60,799 nucleotides of DNA, filler included, from Sphacelaria rigidula (GCA_964200075.2; 6 parts of 6 records of this genome joined end to end with filler, not necessarily neighbours in it); one strand, 5' to 3'. Positions 25,800 through 39,774 are shown, counted from the whole stretch's first letter. The notes: generated by a model not told the origin, from the sequence alone. A program made the numbers and translations.

Positions 25800-25957
25800 T
25801 GTATCGTGTCTGCGTGAAATGTTCCTGGGTCCGACTTTATATCATGATTTCCTTTTACCCTACCTTGGAGTGGTTAGCCTGTGCCTACAAGACGCGTCAG
25901 CATGAGATGGCCAGTACAGAGTGCTGCGCAGATACCGGAACGGTTTTTCATGTAAAG

Positions 25958-26006
<49 letters not shown>

Positions 26007-26007
26007 C
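25800..26007 (+). mobile_element. 3' end of a non-LTR retroposon with a (CAA)n tail
   Basis: tagcctgtg..cagtac..ctgcgcagata.cggaacgg.ttt..atgt.aaga(caa)n, with ~17 CAA units; a homologous copy lies at 37480-37657. Confidence 0.7.
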
Positions 26008-29000
26008 GACACAAGAAAGTTGCCTTGGTACAAACTCGCACGGAGCAGAGAGGGGTCCGGCGTGGGATTCATCCCAAATCCCTGCATAAAATCATCACTA
26101 AATATGAGAACTCCCGGCAGAACAGGTGAAATCGAACCCATGAGTGAAGGGAGCGTGACACCCTACCTTCTGACCTTCAACTTGCCTCACAGTTGTATTT
26201 GGGTCTTGGGGGTCTCATTTTTGCTCATTCAACAGGTGACGATTGACGCACTCTGGTGGTAAAGGGGTAAATTACACCGGATACAGACCAAAAGAGTATG
26301 GTAAAGCAATGCTTTCGTGTATAGTACTACAGTATTCCATGGGGCCGGGAAACCAACGCCTACTGTTTGGACTCTTTCATCAGCGCCCGAGATACTGGGC
26401 ATGAAAATCCATAAGCGCTGCCATTGCTTCGATAAAAAATGATGCCAATTTAAATTTTTGGCGCACCTGGGATATCAGATGCCGGTGCACGTTGCAACCG
26501 CACCTCAAAGATACAGGGCAGGTTGTGTGTGACAATACCAATACTGCCACCGTTGGACTGACAGAAAAGGTGGGATGGATGTCGATGACCACGAGACGAG
26601 ATGATTCTAAGAAGTGAGCACTACTGAGCAAGTCAGGTTTTCAGCCTTCCCGGGGTTCCGTGTGGAACCGCAGTACAGGGGTGCTGGAAATAGTACTTCT
26701 TACAAGTGAGGCACCGTATAAGTATACTGCGCTGCCTCTGCTGTCAGTACAACTGCAGTATAGAAAACAAGGCAAAATGTCTGAAAAAAATCGTCCGCAT
26801 GCTCACAGCGGGGATGGAAAGAGGTACAGCCAATCATTGTTGATGAGAGTACAGTACAGTAGTAGTGGGCCTGAGCTTGAACTGGCCTATAGGAAGACAT
26901 GCAGAGCCGTACGCTCCCTTCAACCGATCCATCATCGGGACCGTCAGAGATAAAAATGAGATAGGACCGACAGCGTCTCAAAAGTAACAGTGTTCCCAAC
27001 ACCGGCGTCGGCTTCGAAACAGCCGGGTGGGATCACCTGTGTGTTGTCATGGATCGTTTCACCACGTGTAATAGTATCATGACGGCACCGCACCCCACGT
27101 CAATACATACATCAACTACAACTTCCGAAGTACCCCTTCGTAGGGCAAAATCTGCTCGGGACTTCGAGCAGTGGAGATACGCCGTACTTTGTGAAAGAAG
27201 AGTCTGCTTGGCCACGTCCGTCAGCCTCTTAGGAGGGGGGCTCTCCTCATTCAAGGGCTGTGTCATGATGCCAGGTCTATACTGACGGTGCGAACGGTAC
27301 AGTCAGTCGTGGGGTACCGATCAACAATGTCGTAGCTGTACGAGTGCTGTCACACATGCAAGGACGCCACTCAGTGCGCATCGATTGATGTGTGTATATT
27401 TCATTCAAAAGTACAACAACATATACGCAACGCGAGACATGGATCTGGACGTATTCGGACATGTGTCTGGCATTACCAGCATACCAGCAGAGTAAGCGTG
27501 CTTGGGTGCGGTGCTCCGTTGTTCAACTTTGCTCTCGAACCTAAACTGGAGACATCAACGTGGCAAAAGGCCAACAACACAGAAGAGACGCTCAACCCGG
27601 AAAAAAAAACAAATCCAACCGACTGCCAACACAGATGCAAAAAAAGACGAGACACGCCTCACTGACTGTTGTATTGTCCGTTTTGTCGGCAATCCTGTCC
27701 AGCCCAAATATACCGCACAAACCCGATGATTTGCACGCAAACAGGCCGGGATCCCAGGAGCACAGGGGGTAGCGGCACAAAACAGAAAATCGCTGTTCGC
27801 TTCGCCGTCCTTTGCGAGCAAAACAGAACACGGCTGGTACGCGGCAGACCCTATGTGAACAGCTGGTCGCCTGCGTCTTCGCTCGCTGCTCTGCTGTCTG
27901 CGGTACGGTGCTTTTCTACTCGATATGCATTCTCACTAGTGTAACAAACCAGTCGCAATTTTCGATCCGTAACATCCTCACCGCTGAACAAACCCAAGCA
28001 ATCATGATCGACTATCTCACCTGCTGCTTGAGACGATCTTTCGTGTGCGTGTGTATGTATGTGTGTGTATCGCGCAGTGTTGACAAGATCGAGGAATCCG
28101 GCGGGACTGGGATCGCAGGCTCGGCGACAGGCGGCTGATTGTTTGTCTCTGTGGTGTTTTCAAAAAATGATCAGAAATATCTATCCGCAGACATCATTTG
28201 CGTGTCAAAACCAAGTCAGAAACGAAGCCACGTGCTGTCGAAACCTCCAACACAATGAAAATAACAGTCATAGCCTATGGATGCCAATATGATGCCGTGT
28301 GTGTTTCCGGGCAATGTATGACCGACAGTACCAGAAACAAATAACTCTTTCCACGAGGGGGAGAATGCAAATAAATTTCATGTACATGAAAAAAATTCAT
28401 CTGTCTAAAACTCAGAACCCCTCCTACTAGCCTTTCTCAGCTACCATTTCGTTAATAATGCAGCTGACACGCGCTCCGCCTTTTCTTGGACATATCGGCT
28501 GCGGGACTGAATCTATACTCTTCATCTACTGTGATAACGAAATACTCAAAATCCTACAACATCAACAAGAACTTCCCGCCCCCAATGTCGGCACGTTGCC
28601 GTGTTGCGGCTACCGGGGTTGAGAAATCAGAGTAGTGGCAGACAGTCGTAAACATGCCACCTTGGTTAAAGCTTGCCACCATCGTTACTTGTTCTTCGGA
28701 AGCAGCGACCGCTTTCTGTGTATTCTCACCAGCAACACCAACCTCGTTGATATCATGTGTCCAGCGACAGCCGCATACGCTGGCGGTGAGACGGGGTGAC
28801 TCTATCTCCACTGCGAGGGCACGGGTGGCACGCGTGCAAGTGGTTGCGGCTACTCGTCTGGGCGCAGAAGTTGGGCTTTCCACAACTGACGGCGGGGTGG
28901 TGGAGCAGCATGACTCACGGTCGCGGCAACAGGAAGGCTATTCCCGTGATGATGGGCGAGGTGTGTACGCTACACGCGCTAGAGCAGCGCTGTCGGTCAC

Positions 29001-29664
29001 ATGCATCATACGATACCTCACTGCACTACGAGAGTCGTTGGTCATATAATCTCAATCTCTCACATTGAACGTTGGTGGCTCAGTCTGAACCCAGTCGCTC
29101 AGTGGCGGCGTATCCATCATTTCAGATGTGTACTTTCAGGGCGGTCTACACATATACCAATTGCTCTGCTTGTTTGACGATACCTGACTGGCGAAGTCAA
29201 GTCGACCCCCCGCCTACCCCCCCTCCGCCTCACGGGTGGTATCTAACGTAAACATCAAACTTGTATCTTCTGATCTTCTGAAGCCAGGTCGTGGACTTCC
29301 CCCGAAGATTCCATTTCATACAAAGATATCAGAGATGTGCTTCCTTTGACAAAACTTTTCCGGCTGCGTGGTCGCCGCAGTAGGATTGCTGGATCCAATT
29401 CATGTTTTCATACAGCAACGATCACCTTCGGTGCGGAATGCTGTTCTCCACCTGCTCACCTTAAAGTGAGGATACAACGGCGAGGCATTCTCACCACTGT
29501 ATGGTGCGCAGACGATCATTATGAGTAAATCCCTAGGATGCCCTGACTATGATAGTTATCTAGTGTTAATGGTGGAGGTGTTGGTAGCACCGTCGTCGGC
29601 GCCGGTATGTAGGCGCTCTGTGCACGCTGGACCGCGCCCGTTGGTACCATGTCTGACCACCTCC

Positions 29665-29967
29665 ATGCGCTTGTGTCGCCATGTTCGCTGTCATTTCTCC
29701 CCTCTCTTCACCACGATGCGCACAGAAACCGCTGAACCTTTTACCAGAAGCCGAGGTAACAGTCTTGCAGCGCCGCCTGCCACTCTAGGAATCCTCCACT
29801 CTCTGCTGGAACCCACTATCGTGCCCGTTCTAGCGGGTGCCGTGTTGAAGGAAAGCCCGTCCGACTTTGTCGTGATCGAGGAACCCCTGTTCGGCGGCAA
29901 TACATTCACGCCGGACGACCCTAGCGCACCCCTGCCCGAGAACGTACGGAAACCTCCGCTTCGCGAG
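29665..29967 (+). CDS. First exon of a TruD/PUS7-family pseudouridine synthase (partial)
   Basis: LGILHSL..GAVLKESPSDFVVIEE matches the TruD N-terminal G-x-x-K-x-x-x-x-DFxVxE motif; ends at donor GAG|GTATGT. The start codon is uncertain (29569, 29665 or 29716). Confidence 0.7.
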
Positions 29968-30350
29968 GTATGTACATTATCTGCGTGTGTAACTCCATAC
30001 CCTGCTTTGCATTCGACGCCTTGGTAAGGTGAGGTGCGGTTTTCTCTTCTATTTGTAACGAGATGCACCTGCATGCATCACGGCAGGGGATGTGTTTGTG
30101 TCGACATATTGTAACGTTGGGTCTACGCAGCGTAGCATATATAAAAACCAAATGACTCATGTATTATAGAACCACGAATAAGGAGTGATATCTTTTGGAT
30201 AATGGGGGCATTGACACGGAGCTATTGTCCGAGTTAGCTTGCAGCCGACCCCGCACGGAGTCAGAAAACGTTTTACGATTTTGAGTGATACTTTCCACAG
30301 GCACCGTAGGTAAGGTACCGTACCGAGCGTACCCCCGGTATTTACCGGGG

Positions 30351-30450
30351 NNNNNNNNNNNNNNNNNNNNNNNNNNNNNNNNNNNNNNNNNNNNTTAATT
30401 AATTAANNNNNNNNNNNNNNNNNNNNNNNNNNNNNNNNNNNNNNNNNNNN
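30351..30450. other. Artificial contig linker
   Basis: N44-TTAATTAATTAA-N44. Confidence 0.98.
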
Positions 30451-32231
30451 TTCGGGCAATCAGGCAGAAGAAATCGTGAATTTGGTGATTTTGAGTCGTG
30501 ATGATTTGTCCTAACCGTGCAAAAGATGAAATCCCAGATCGTGTGACCTCTTTCACCGCGGTTCAAACCCACGTCCCAACCGTCAGAACTATCCGAGGTT
30601 ATCATTTGACCCACCCGGGCGACCGGCTTTATTACTAGTAGGGGCTATTCATTATGTGCAACGTATTCTGCCACCCCTCTGTTTCTTCACTAGAGTCATC
30701 TCAAGCTCGAGGTTCCCGGTATATACCTCTACTATGAGCGCATACGACGGTAGCGTATCAATGCATCGATATATAAAAATGTTGTCCGTCACATCAACAT
30801 GTTGAGGAACCGGTGAATCGGAAAAAAAATATCGAAACATCAGGCCAGTGTGTCGGCGAAGTCATGAAATATCGTCATGCAAAGTGTATCCGAATTCTTC
30901 TCCGATGTCGGAGGAAGTGATAATCCCGATGTTGCCTCACGATATCGGTCTCATCGTCTCGTCAGCTTGTGTCTTGACAAAATTATTTCTTGATCGAAAA
31001 GGTGCGGCGGAGGAGCATACCTTCGATCTGATCGGTCTTCATTCGACAATATTTTCGTGAGATTTGAGAGTCTAGCGTTAACTGAGAGTGAGTTTTGTTC
31101 TTCATCGCTTTAACGCTTCACCAATTCTGCACTTTGCATGTGCTGTCTTCGCCTGGAACACGGTCGTGTGCTTACAGCTAGACGTCGATATCCTACTCAG
31201 GGAAATCAAAAAGCTTCAGCGGCAAGCTACTACAGAAAGTGTATCCGGTCTCATGGAGGGGAATTTCGAAAGTGAAACATTTCATTCATTAATTGATCGC
31301 TTCTCACTCTCAGTCATTTCCTAGACTATTCTCAGGGAAACATAGTTTTTCATGTCCACGTCTTCGACCTTGACATTAATATCCATCAGATCGGAATTTT
31401 TCTCCTTTTTTCCCGTTGCACTTCTCGGTCGAACAATGACGTGCCAAGACACGCCCTCGCGCGACGTGGTCAAAACATCCATCATCAGAGAGTTTGGGAA
31501 AACGCTGTTCAGTTATTTCAGAGTGCAAATATCTTAGGATCAGACTGTAACGAAGAACTATTTCCCCCTCCGTCAAATGTGATTCCTCGTCAACTTTCGT
31601 TCGATGAGTTTTTTTTTTTTAATTCTGCCCTCTGATCCTGAGATATTCGCGCTCTGCAAAAACAAAAAAGCATTTTTCGTAACTCTCCAGTGTCGGATGT
31701 ACTTCTTGGCGAGCCAGTACATTGTCCCGGACCCCGGTGTGCTGGTGCCCCTTGGCGCTGGAGCGCGTACACATGTTTCGAATTTCGGAAATCTTGCGAT
31801 TGCCTAACTTTCGGATGATGATTATGTCCTTCAATGTAGATTGGTACCCGTAAATTAGGGCCCGAGATGACGAGCTCAGAGGCATTACATGCGGGCCGAA
31901 GATTCAACAAACGAGGATATATTTCCGTAAGCACTCAATTTTTGAATACTTCGGGGGAGGGGACGGGGGGAGGGGAGGATCACGGGTACGTTTTGCGGCA
32001 CGTTACGTCCGCCCTATACAGTTGGCTGTTCATAGTCAAGTCGCGAATGCGTTGCAATTCCGATGTGTAAAACCTCAGGAAGACATTCACTATATATCCG
32101 ATCGGTATATGAGAGTCCACATAATACGTGCGGTCTTCTGATATCCTGATAAAAGTGAGCAGCAACAATCCGCGAGGAATCCAAGGGTGGAAATTATCGA
32201 GAGGGGGACCGTTTCTCCTGACTATTGCCGG

Positions 32232-32520
32232 TTGCCCCCGATGGCTCAGTTGGTGAACTCGACTCCTGACGGTTGGATAGTCGGTTCGGATCTCGATACA
32301 GTTACACGATCTGGGATTTAATCTCACACAACGCCCAACAACGGAGAGCGATGAGGTCGAGGGTACGCAAAATTCGACTTCACCGTCGACGGGGGAAAGG
32401 GACTGCCGGATCTTCCTCGCGATTAAAACACAAGGCAAGCACCGCAAAAGGAAGATGGAGTACTACAAAAAAAAATGAAACTCTCATATTGGCCTTCCTC
32501 CTGCGTGACCCCAGCTGGTG
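32232..32520 (+). mobile_element. tRNA-derived SINE-like element (5' part)
   Basis: Pol III A box TGGCTCAGTTGG (32242-32253) and B-box-like GGTTCGGATCT (32283-32293), followed by a non-tRNA body; no complete cloverleaf. Confidence 0.6.
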
Positions 32521-34267
32521 CACCTCAAATGTACCGAAAGGTGTAGAATGCAGTCCAGAATAGATGGAATGACAACACACACACTCAGAGACGGGGGAGG
32601 AAATCGGGCAGATCGGAAGCTGATAAACCTCCCTCATCCTGTGGGTTGTTGACATCCGTTGTCGGTCATGTGCTGCTTCGTTTCGAGGTTCATTCTCTTC
32701 TCCTCATGCTCTGCTTCCTTCGTTCTTTACGGGGTACGTTCCGAGGCAGATACACAGAAGAGTGACTGGGGTCACGGAAAAAATAATTGGTGGGAGAGAC
32801 GGATAGGAGCACTCGTAATTCTTCCTTGTTCCCTCATTTTTGTTCAAGCCGGCGGGTGAGATTTCCCGCATAAATAAAGTGATCCGAGGGAGTCGGGTCG
32901 ATACCTGCCTGCTCCAACGGCCTTATATGATGATGTATAGTGCGCCTTCCTCACCTACCTAATGTGTTCAAGGCCATGCCGGATGAACCTGTCGGAGTTT
33001 TGTCTCAGCACCGGTACTAAATCTTTATCAGGCGTTTCTCATATTTCTCTCCTTTATTAATATAGTTTCTTTTCTTCTTTATTTCCCTTCTTTTCGTCTT
33101 CGTTTCCGTCACGGTCCGTTTTTTTTCTCATATTTCAGTCTACTGCCTTGACTTGTTTTCTTTTATATTTCCACATCCTGCCCATGTTTGTTCCCTTCTC
33201 TCCGCTCTTCCTTTTTTTCTCCTTCACCTACCTCAGCAACGTCTTCCGTGTTGTCTACACCGGCTGGATTCTTGCGTTGCGGATGAATTCATGCCCGACA
33301 AGCAATACATCGATACATCAACCAATAAATCATTCGGGCGACATCCAGACGTCTATCGACATACGTCATACAAGGGCGGTCCTAGTGAGATTTTACGATA
33401 TGCATCTCGACCGCTTTCACAGCAGCCGTTACGAGAACAAAACCGCGGTCACGGATTTCTTGACCATCATCACAGGGCAAAGGGGGTAGAGCGCATCCGG
33501 AGATGAGATTCGCGGATAACGAACGAATCGTCGAACCGTCTAAACAAGCAGCAGCGGTCAGCCATCGGATTGCATTATAGGAAAAAATCGGCCATGATGA
33601 CCTACAAGTGGTCGTACAGAGGCGGCCCGCTCATACGGAACTGGAAATCAGGCTCAGCCTGAACTTCTCATCGGTGATCATCGCCAGCCGACTCTACTGG
33701 CTGTATGGACTCAGTACATACCGGTCGTCGCTGAGGTTCAACATCCATTCAACAATTTCTTTCTTTTCTCGAAATCTCAGCCTGATGTGCTTCCAATCCC
33801 GTTTCTTGCGAGCAGGTCGCTACCACCGATATGTCGTCATGTCTGGTGAGGTGCTGAAAGGTGGGGCATTTTCACTCCCATCGTACCTAACCCTCATCAT
33901 GTAGGGGGGGGGGGGGCAAGGAGGGGCGCAGCCCGACAGATCAGTCCAGCGATAGGCCGCAGACCCTACACCACAGACTGCACGAACCGTCTAGCTCAAC
34001 CATGTGGGTGGTGCAATTGTATAAACATAATATACATCGTAGAGGTAGGTATCTCCAACGCGGGATTCCCGGCATTTTCAACAGTAGTAGTAATTTACGG
34101 TAAAATATACTGTATCAGGGACCTTGGGCTTGAGATACCTCCAATGTGTTGTCCACTACAACTGCAGCAAAGGAAGTAGAATAGGGTGTGCTGCATGGTT
34201 GACCATATGCGTAGCACGAATTTCAACACAGTATTGGTGCAATGAAGGGAGGTTTGGTTAGCAATAA

Positions 34268-34373
34268 CCCTTAGACCGCGATGCGCGTAGTCCGTCGGGA
34301 TCGCACATACTTTTTTCGAGTGAAATTGATGCCGATCTCGCAGGAGAACTACCCTCGCGATGAAGGGGTAGGG
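34268..34373. mobile_element. Short piggyBac-like MITE, diverged copy of 53235-53331
   Basis: cccttagaccgcg..tagtc..aattgatgccgat..ccctcgcg..ggg is collinear with the contig 6 element. Confidence 0.6.
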
Positions 34374-34667
34374 TTATTCAGGGACTTGAAATAGACAATG
34401 CCATTCGCACCGAATAGCCATGCAGCAGGTTTCTTGATGGAGATGTAACACACAGCACGTGCTCTACGGGAGAGTCAACCAACTCCAGCAAGCTAAAGTT
34501 ATCCCGGCATTTGTGTAAGTACGCTGAGGGGGGGGGGGGGGGGGGGGGACAAACCATTACAAAAAAAAAAAAAAAAGGGGCAACTTAGTAAGGGCGGGGG
34601 GCTTTNNNNNNNNNNCTCTTTCCCGTGTTATGCTAGCCTGTGTATGGGAAAGTGGGTTGATGGGGGT

Positions 34668-34700
<33 letters not shown>

Positions 34701-35706
34701 CGGTACAACACTTCTCAAAATAGAAAAAGACATGGCAACATTTAGAAGGCAGAGTGCTGTTTATTGAGACAGCTAGAAAATGTTATGAGGAGTTCTGACA
34801 CATCGTTTACCCTGTTTGAATCGTCGGAGAGGGGTCGGTGCTCGTGATGTATGCGCACCCGCGCGCAGGGCGTACAAAAACAAGAATAGTATGGGAGGGA
34901 TATGCAGGGCATGAAGCGTTCATACATGAACAGCCCCTGTATACTGACAGTAGTAAGACGCGCTCCATCATCGCCCATTCAATCCCTTCTGTGTACGCAT
35001 GTGCCGTACCAACAGCTCAGATCCTTGTACTAAACGAATGGAGGGGGTGGGGGGTAGGGGCGCTGCACGAGAACTCCAGCATAAACTCCGGCTCCAGAAT
35101 TTGACGGGGGTGGAGCCCAGGAGTTCGGGGAGGGCGGGGGAGCGGGGAACTCTAAATGCCGACGGATGATGCACAAAAATGGTGACGCTGTCCACAGCTG
35201 TAGTAGTAGTGACACGGCCGCAAACGAAGTGCCATGCTTGAGCCACACCGGAATCATCGAATCGAATCGCCGTTCACATGAAAGTCACTACACATGAGTC
35301 CGTAGTACACTCAGCACCATGAGGGCACCGTCAGACAAGCATGATGCACCGGCATCACCTTTGAATCAGAAGATGGACTGTGGTCTGTACCATCATATTT
35401 GACGTATGACACATCAAGATATTTGGTACGCCCGGACGCAATTACCGCTTGTGCAGAACGGCCAGTCTCGGGAGGAACTCGCGTCTGTCGGCATCCACTT
35501 GTGTGATACAGCACACGTCATGTCCAACTGTTGTCTCTGGTCCAAATTTCGTGGAGCATGGCAGCTCTCGATTCAAGACATGACACACATAGCGACCGCA
35601 CGCCGCTGGCAAAGGCGATCGGGCGTAAGAGGATGTTTGCGTTTGTCGACTCCTGCCGTGAAGTACAGCCCAACGCCGACGCTATGAACAACCGCAAGTA
35701 TCGCAC

Positions 35707-36833
35707 CTCAGCATGGTCACAGGTGGGCGCCATGGCCCTATCCACTTCAAACTCAATTTCTTCCGACGGATTTTGTTGTGACTTTTGGCCTTTCCTGCTG
35801 TTGGTGTTCGGCGGCCTCAGCCTGACTTCTCCCCTGTCCAAGATAAGTGGAAAAAAAGGACCATAGATGGTCAACAGCAGCAGACTTCAGATGCAGAAGC
35901 GGTGGTCCGCTGGAAACCCTCTCCGCGAGAGGACCATTTTCCGGACATCATGATATCACTGCGTGTTAGCGTGCCAGTACGCAGTGCAGTACAGTACGGG
36001 ATAGTTCAGCCGCACAGCGCAGCAGTCAGCAAGTAGCACACCATTCCGGCAAAAAAAATCCGTGCCATCACATACATGACCAACAGGACGAGTACGACGA
36101 CGTACAGTGTCCTAGTGCAGTATGAGGAAGAACCACATCGTAGGCTACAGTAAAACAAGTAGAAGTGTGTGATAATACGAGAGTAGAGAACAGGCAGCAA
36201 GTGCGGTACTGAAGTGTGTAGGGTACGGACGGAACATGCCGTGCAGTTGCTTACAATGTCTGTTGTGCATACCGTACAGTTTGCGTTTCCAGCAAAATGA
36301 ACAGTCACATGGATTTTCGGTCTTGCCAATGCAAAGAAGAACAACTCATAAATCATGGGTGTCCAAACCGGGAGCCAAACCCCACAGCCGCTTCCCTCCC
36401 TAACGCCAAGGCTAACACTCCGGGCACAGGCGCTCACGCGCAAGACAGAGACAAACACACTCGCAAATACGAAAAAGGACACATGCCCGCACCCCCCCTG
36501 CGAAAAATAATCTCCGATGTATCATGTCACATACCCGCGGGCTGTAACACATAGCTTCTCGCCGAGATTCACTTCATCCTGAAGTAATGGCCTGAATCGA
36601 AGCATGATTTTTCCAAGTGATTCAGTGCCGTTGTTCCTAATCTTGAATCCATCGACGCCAACCCCACGAGCATCTTCTGTTGCCGTAGTGGCCTTCTGCC
36701 CGGAGCCCCGCCGCAGTCTCCGGCGCAGCGCCATTGCCCGTGGTGCCATATCTACAAACGTCTGGCGTGGGTATTTGTGAACTAGAGAGGATGAGGCTGG
36801 CTGGGAAAAGGCCTCGGGCCTGCTGCCGCCCAC
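35707..36833 (-). CDS. Kinesin motor-like gene, two exons (partial, divergent)
   Basis: Exons 36833-36535 and 35833-35707 are GT-AG and phase-compatible, splicing to GKIMLRFRPLLQDEVNLGEKLCVTARGGEVRL..IEFEVDRAMAPTCDHAE. This resembles the kinesin RxRP strand and the F-x-FD-x-V-F-x-P-x-x-x-Q-x-E segment. The P-loop exon was not found. Confidence 0.55.
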
Positions 36834-37479
36834 CTGTCCGTTAAATAGTTTGAAGGTTGTGCTGCGCACAGGTCTGCAGGTTCGATGTAGAACAAAAAAA
36901 ATGCACAAAAGCGGCGGAATTGTTGCAGGAGGCGTTTTCGCTTATAACGGCCAAGCATCGTGTTTCAAGTTTCCTAGTTTCGTCGTCCTCTCCCAGGATT
37001 ATGGATAGTACAGCTACCTCGCTGCCTCGTCCATGTCTTCCCTGCTATGTATCTATATTTTGGATATCCACGAGCCAAGTGGTTGAGAATATACGGCCTA
37101 CATCATTATTGACAGATTCCATAGGTCCTTTGCTTTGAGCGTGTGAGAGTGTTCGTTTCACCAGGGAATCGCTGGCAAACATGCTCAGCGACGAAGGCGC
37201 ACTATTTCGGACTGTTCCTGTTCATGAGGTGTAGTGGGTATCATCCTGGGTTTCATCCGCTTGTCAACGCATATGTCCACTACTACTACACGACCAATTT
37301 TGGGATCAAGGGAGGAATCTATGAGCACATATTCGCAGATAATACCTCGTCGCTTTGGGCTCAAATATTCTCCGCGACCAACGATCGCTTTGGAGTATGA
37401 GAGAACTGCGGAAAATCCAGGTCAGGGCCAACATCTGCACTGCACTTGTTCCAAATATCTGATTTCATTGTACTGTATC

Positions 37480-37657
37480 ATGTATCGCGTTTAGGTCTAA
37501 GTTGTTTTTTTGTTTTGTTTGATCTCCTCATACCTTGTATTATACTGCAGGTATCTAGCCTGTGACCACAGAAGGCGTCCGCATCAGATGCCCAGTACGA
37601 ATGTACTGCGCAGATATCGGAACGGCTTTTAATGTGAAGACAACAACAACAACAACA
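37480..37657 (+). mobile_element. 3' end of a non-LTR retroposon with a short (CAA)n tail
   Basis: Homologous to 25800-26007. Confidence 0.65.
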
Positions 37658-39295
37658 ATTACAGTAGTACTGCTCTGGGGCGGTCGCTCAAGTCCTTGGA
37701 TTTCGTCGTCTACCAGTATTCGTGGTGCTGCTGTTGTACAGACACAGTAATAGCGTTATGTGTGATGCATCTCATGAGATGTAGGTTATATTTTACCCCT
37801 TTGTTGTTGGCAACGCCCATCGTACGAACACTTAGCGATACATATTTGTACGGCATGTCGCCTGGAACGGAATATCTGGATAGTATGATGAACGCTCAGT
37901 CGACTGCCTAGCTTACAGCTGCTATAGCGGGTTCGTGCCACCTTTCGTTTCTCTACCGGATTGGATACCGGATGGAGTACTAGTATACTGCCTACAACGT
38001 GTTTTTTTGCTTCGTGACAACCTCCACGTGTACATCGCTGCTGTATTGGTGTCCATCTCAAAATGTCTCGAGGTGCAAAACTTTCCGTACGTACGTAAGA
38101 CATGTTAGTAGAGAGGTTCTCTTCGATTGGAATCTGTGCTTACAATTGCACATTTTACTACACGGCTTAGCAGGGCTTCGCTACTCCGGTTGGGTGTTGC
38201 AGCACTCGTGTTCATATGGATGCAAAGGAAAAAGAAAATGTGGATGCAGGTGGAATCCTGTCGTCCAGTCCTTGTGCACAGGAAGATCATCGTGCTGTGG
38301 CCCATTGATTTCTTATTTTGTCATACTTTGAAAAACGTACCGAAATAACTGCTCCGAAAGGACCATCACCATCGCCACCCGGTATTCTTGTACACTTGAT
38401 AGCACTCGTAGGAGCATCTCTTTCAAGAAATTCCTTGGCTGCCAAAGTGGGCAATCTGTTGAATCGACATCGCCTTTACTTGAAAGATGTATGCGTTCAT
38501 TCTCAATTAATTGGACGATGAATTCAACAAGACCGATGAGCCACTCGGTTAGTGAGCAAACCCTTTGGCCGCGAGCTTCTCCTCGTGGTAGTTTTGCCTG
38601 CTGACAGCCCAGAGGTATCCAAGGGTTTCCAAAGCGAGGCGCGGCATATTTATTATCTACTTGCCTCACTCGTTTGGCCGTTGACCACGCATACCTTTCC
38701 AGAGGGAGCATCCAAAGCACGGGAGGTGTCCTTTGTCAGAAAGGGAGTGCGGATTTCCCATTGGCAGGAGAATGCTTCTCGGCTGAGTCATCATGCTTAT
38801 CTGCAGGAAAATCCCAGGTCGGGCAACACGCCTGAAAGAGCGGTGTGACCATTTGATTGGATGTTTAGTTCACCATGTTCCCGTAAAGATGGGCTATGTC
38901 GGACTGCGTCGCAATCATCAAAGCAGAATCACTTATTCCGTTCATGCGGATCCACATTTTGGGGGGGACTAGAAGTGCCATCACCTGCGTCCGCGAGTGG
39001 TCCCTTGTGCCACCATTGTCTGGCAGTCAAGCCGTGTTTACCTGAGCTGTAACGGCCGCACTCAACCATGAATCATAGGACACGAATAAAGCAAGCGTGG
39101 TAAGACGAGTCTTGTCGAAACGGAATAAATAAGGCGGGGAATGCGTTTGGGAATGATTGTGACGGTTCACAACCTCATTATCACGAGAAATCACACGCCA
39201 TTTCTATCAAAAGCAACAAAGAAAAAGGAACATGAGGACGTGACGACGTGACAACACGCAAACAGACCGGTTCCGCCTCATACGCCCAGTAGATA

Positions 39296-39774
39296 ACTGA
39301 GATAGTGTCTTATCGGGAAAAAAAATGTTTGAAAATGTGAGGTGGGAAACAAAGATTCTGATCTGATATGTCGCCATTTCAAAATAAACAACGTGGGCAT
39401 AGATGACGACCCATCCTGACATATCATACCGTTTTTTTTTTCTTCTTCGATCGAAAAACAATTTTGACACGGCCTGATAACTGTGCTCTCCTACTGCTGC
39501 TTCAGGCCCCATGATGAGCCGAACAGCCCACGGACGACATCCATTTTACGTTACCTTTCGCAGTCTCAACGAAAAGTCCTCCGTGCTGAAAAAGGGTAAT
39601 TTTGGCGTGGATATAGGGTTTTTTTTTAGCACGTTTCGAAAGGGCGTCGGACGTCGAGCATGGAGCATCAGCCCCCAACCAATCATAAGGATCGGAGACG
39701 TGAACAGTCACAACTACGCTCATGATCGAATTATGATCGACATTTTTTCTTTGTCTCGATAAGACGGAGTCTGA
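39296..39774. mobile_element. Degenerate TIR element, probably CACTG family
   Basis: actgagatagtgtcttatcggga pairs with tctcgataagacggagtctga; similar to the 40790 termini. Confidence 0.4.

Noticed and set aside
28554..29049. GC-rich ORFs upstream of the TruD-like exon
   Set aside because: No recognisable domain or consistent frame; could be UTR.
32232..32300. Functional tRNA gene
   Set aside because: A/B boxes are present but there is no acceptor or anticodon stem pairing; treated as a SINE head.
33150..33900. Possible decayed transposase or coding remnant
   Set aside because: No diagnostic motif could be read in any frame.
34527..34700. Poly-G runs as a G-quadruplex locus
   Set aside because: They flank an N gap, so homopolymer lengths are unreliable.
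35707..35775. Chromodomain-like EEIEFEVDR..YL
   Set aside because: Lacks the VKW core; better explained as a kinesin-like exon ending at a GT donor.
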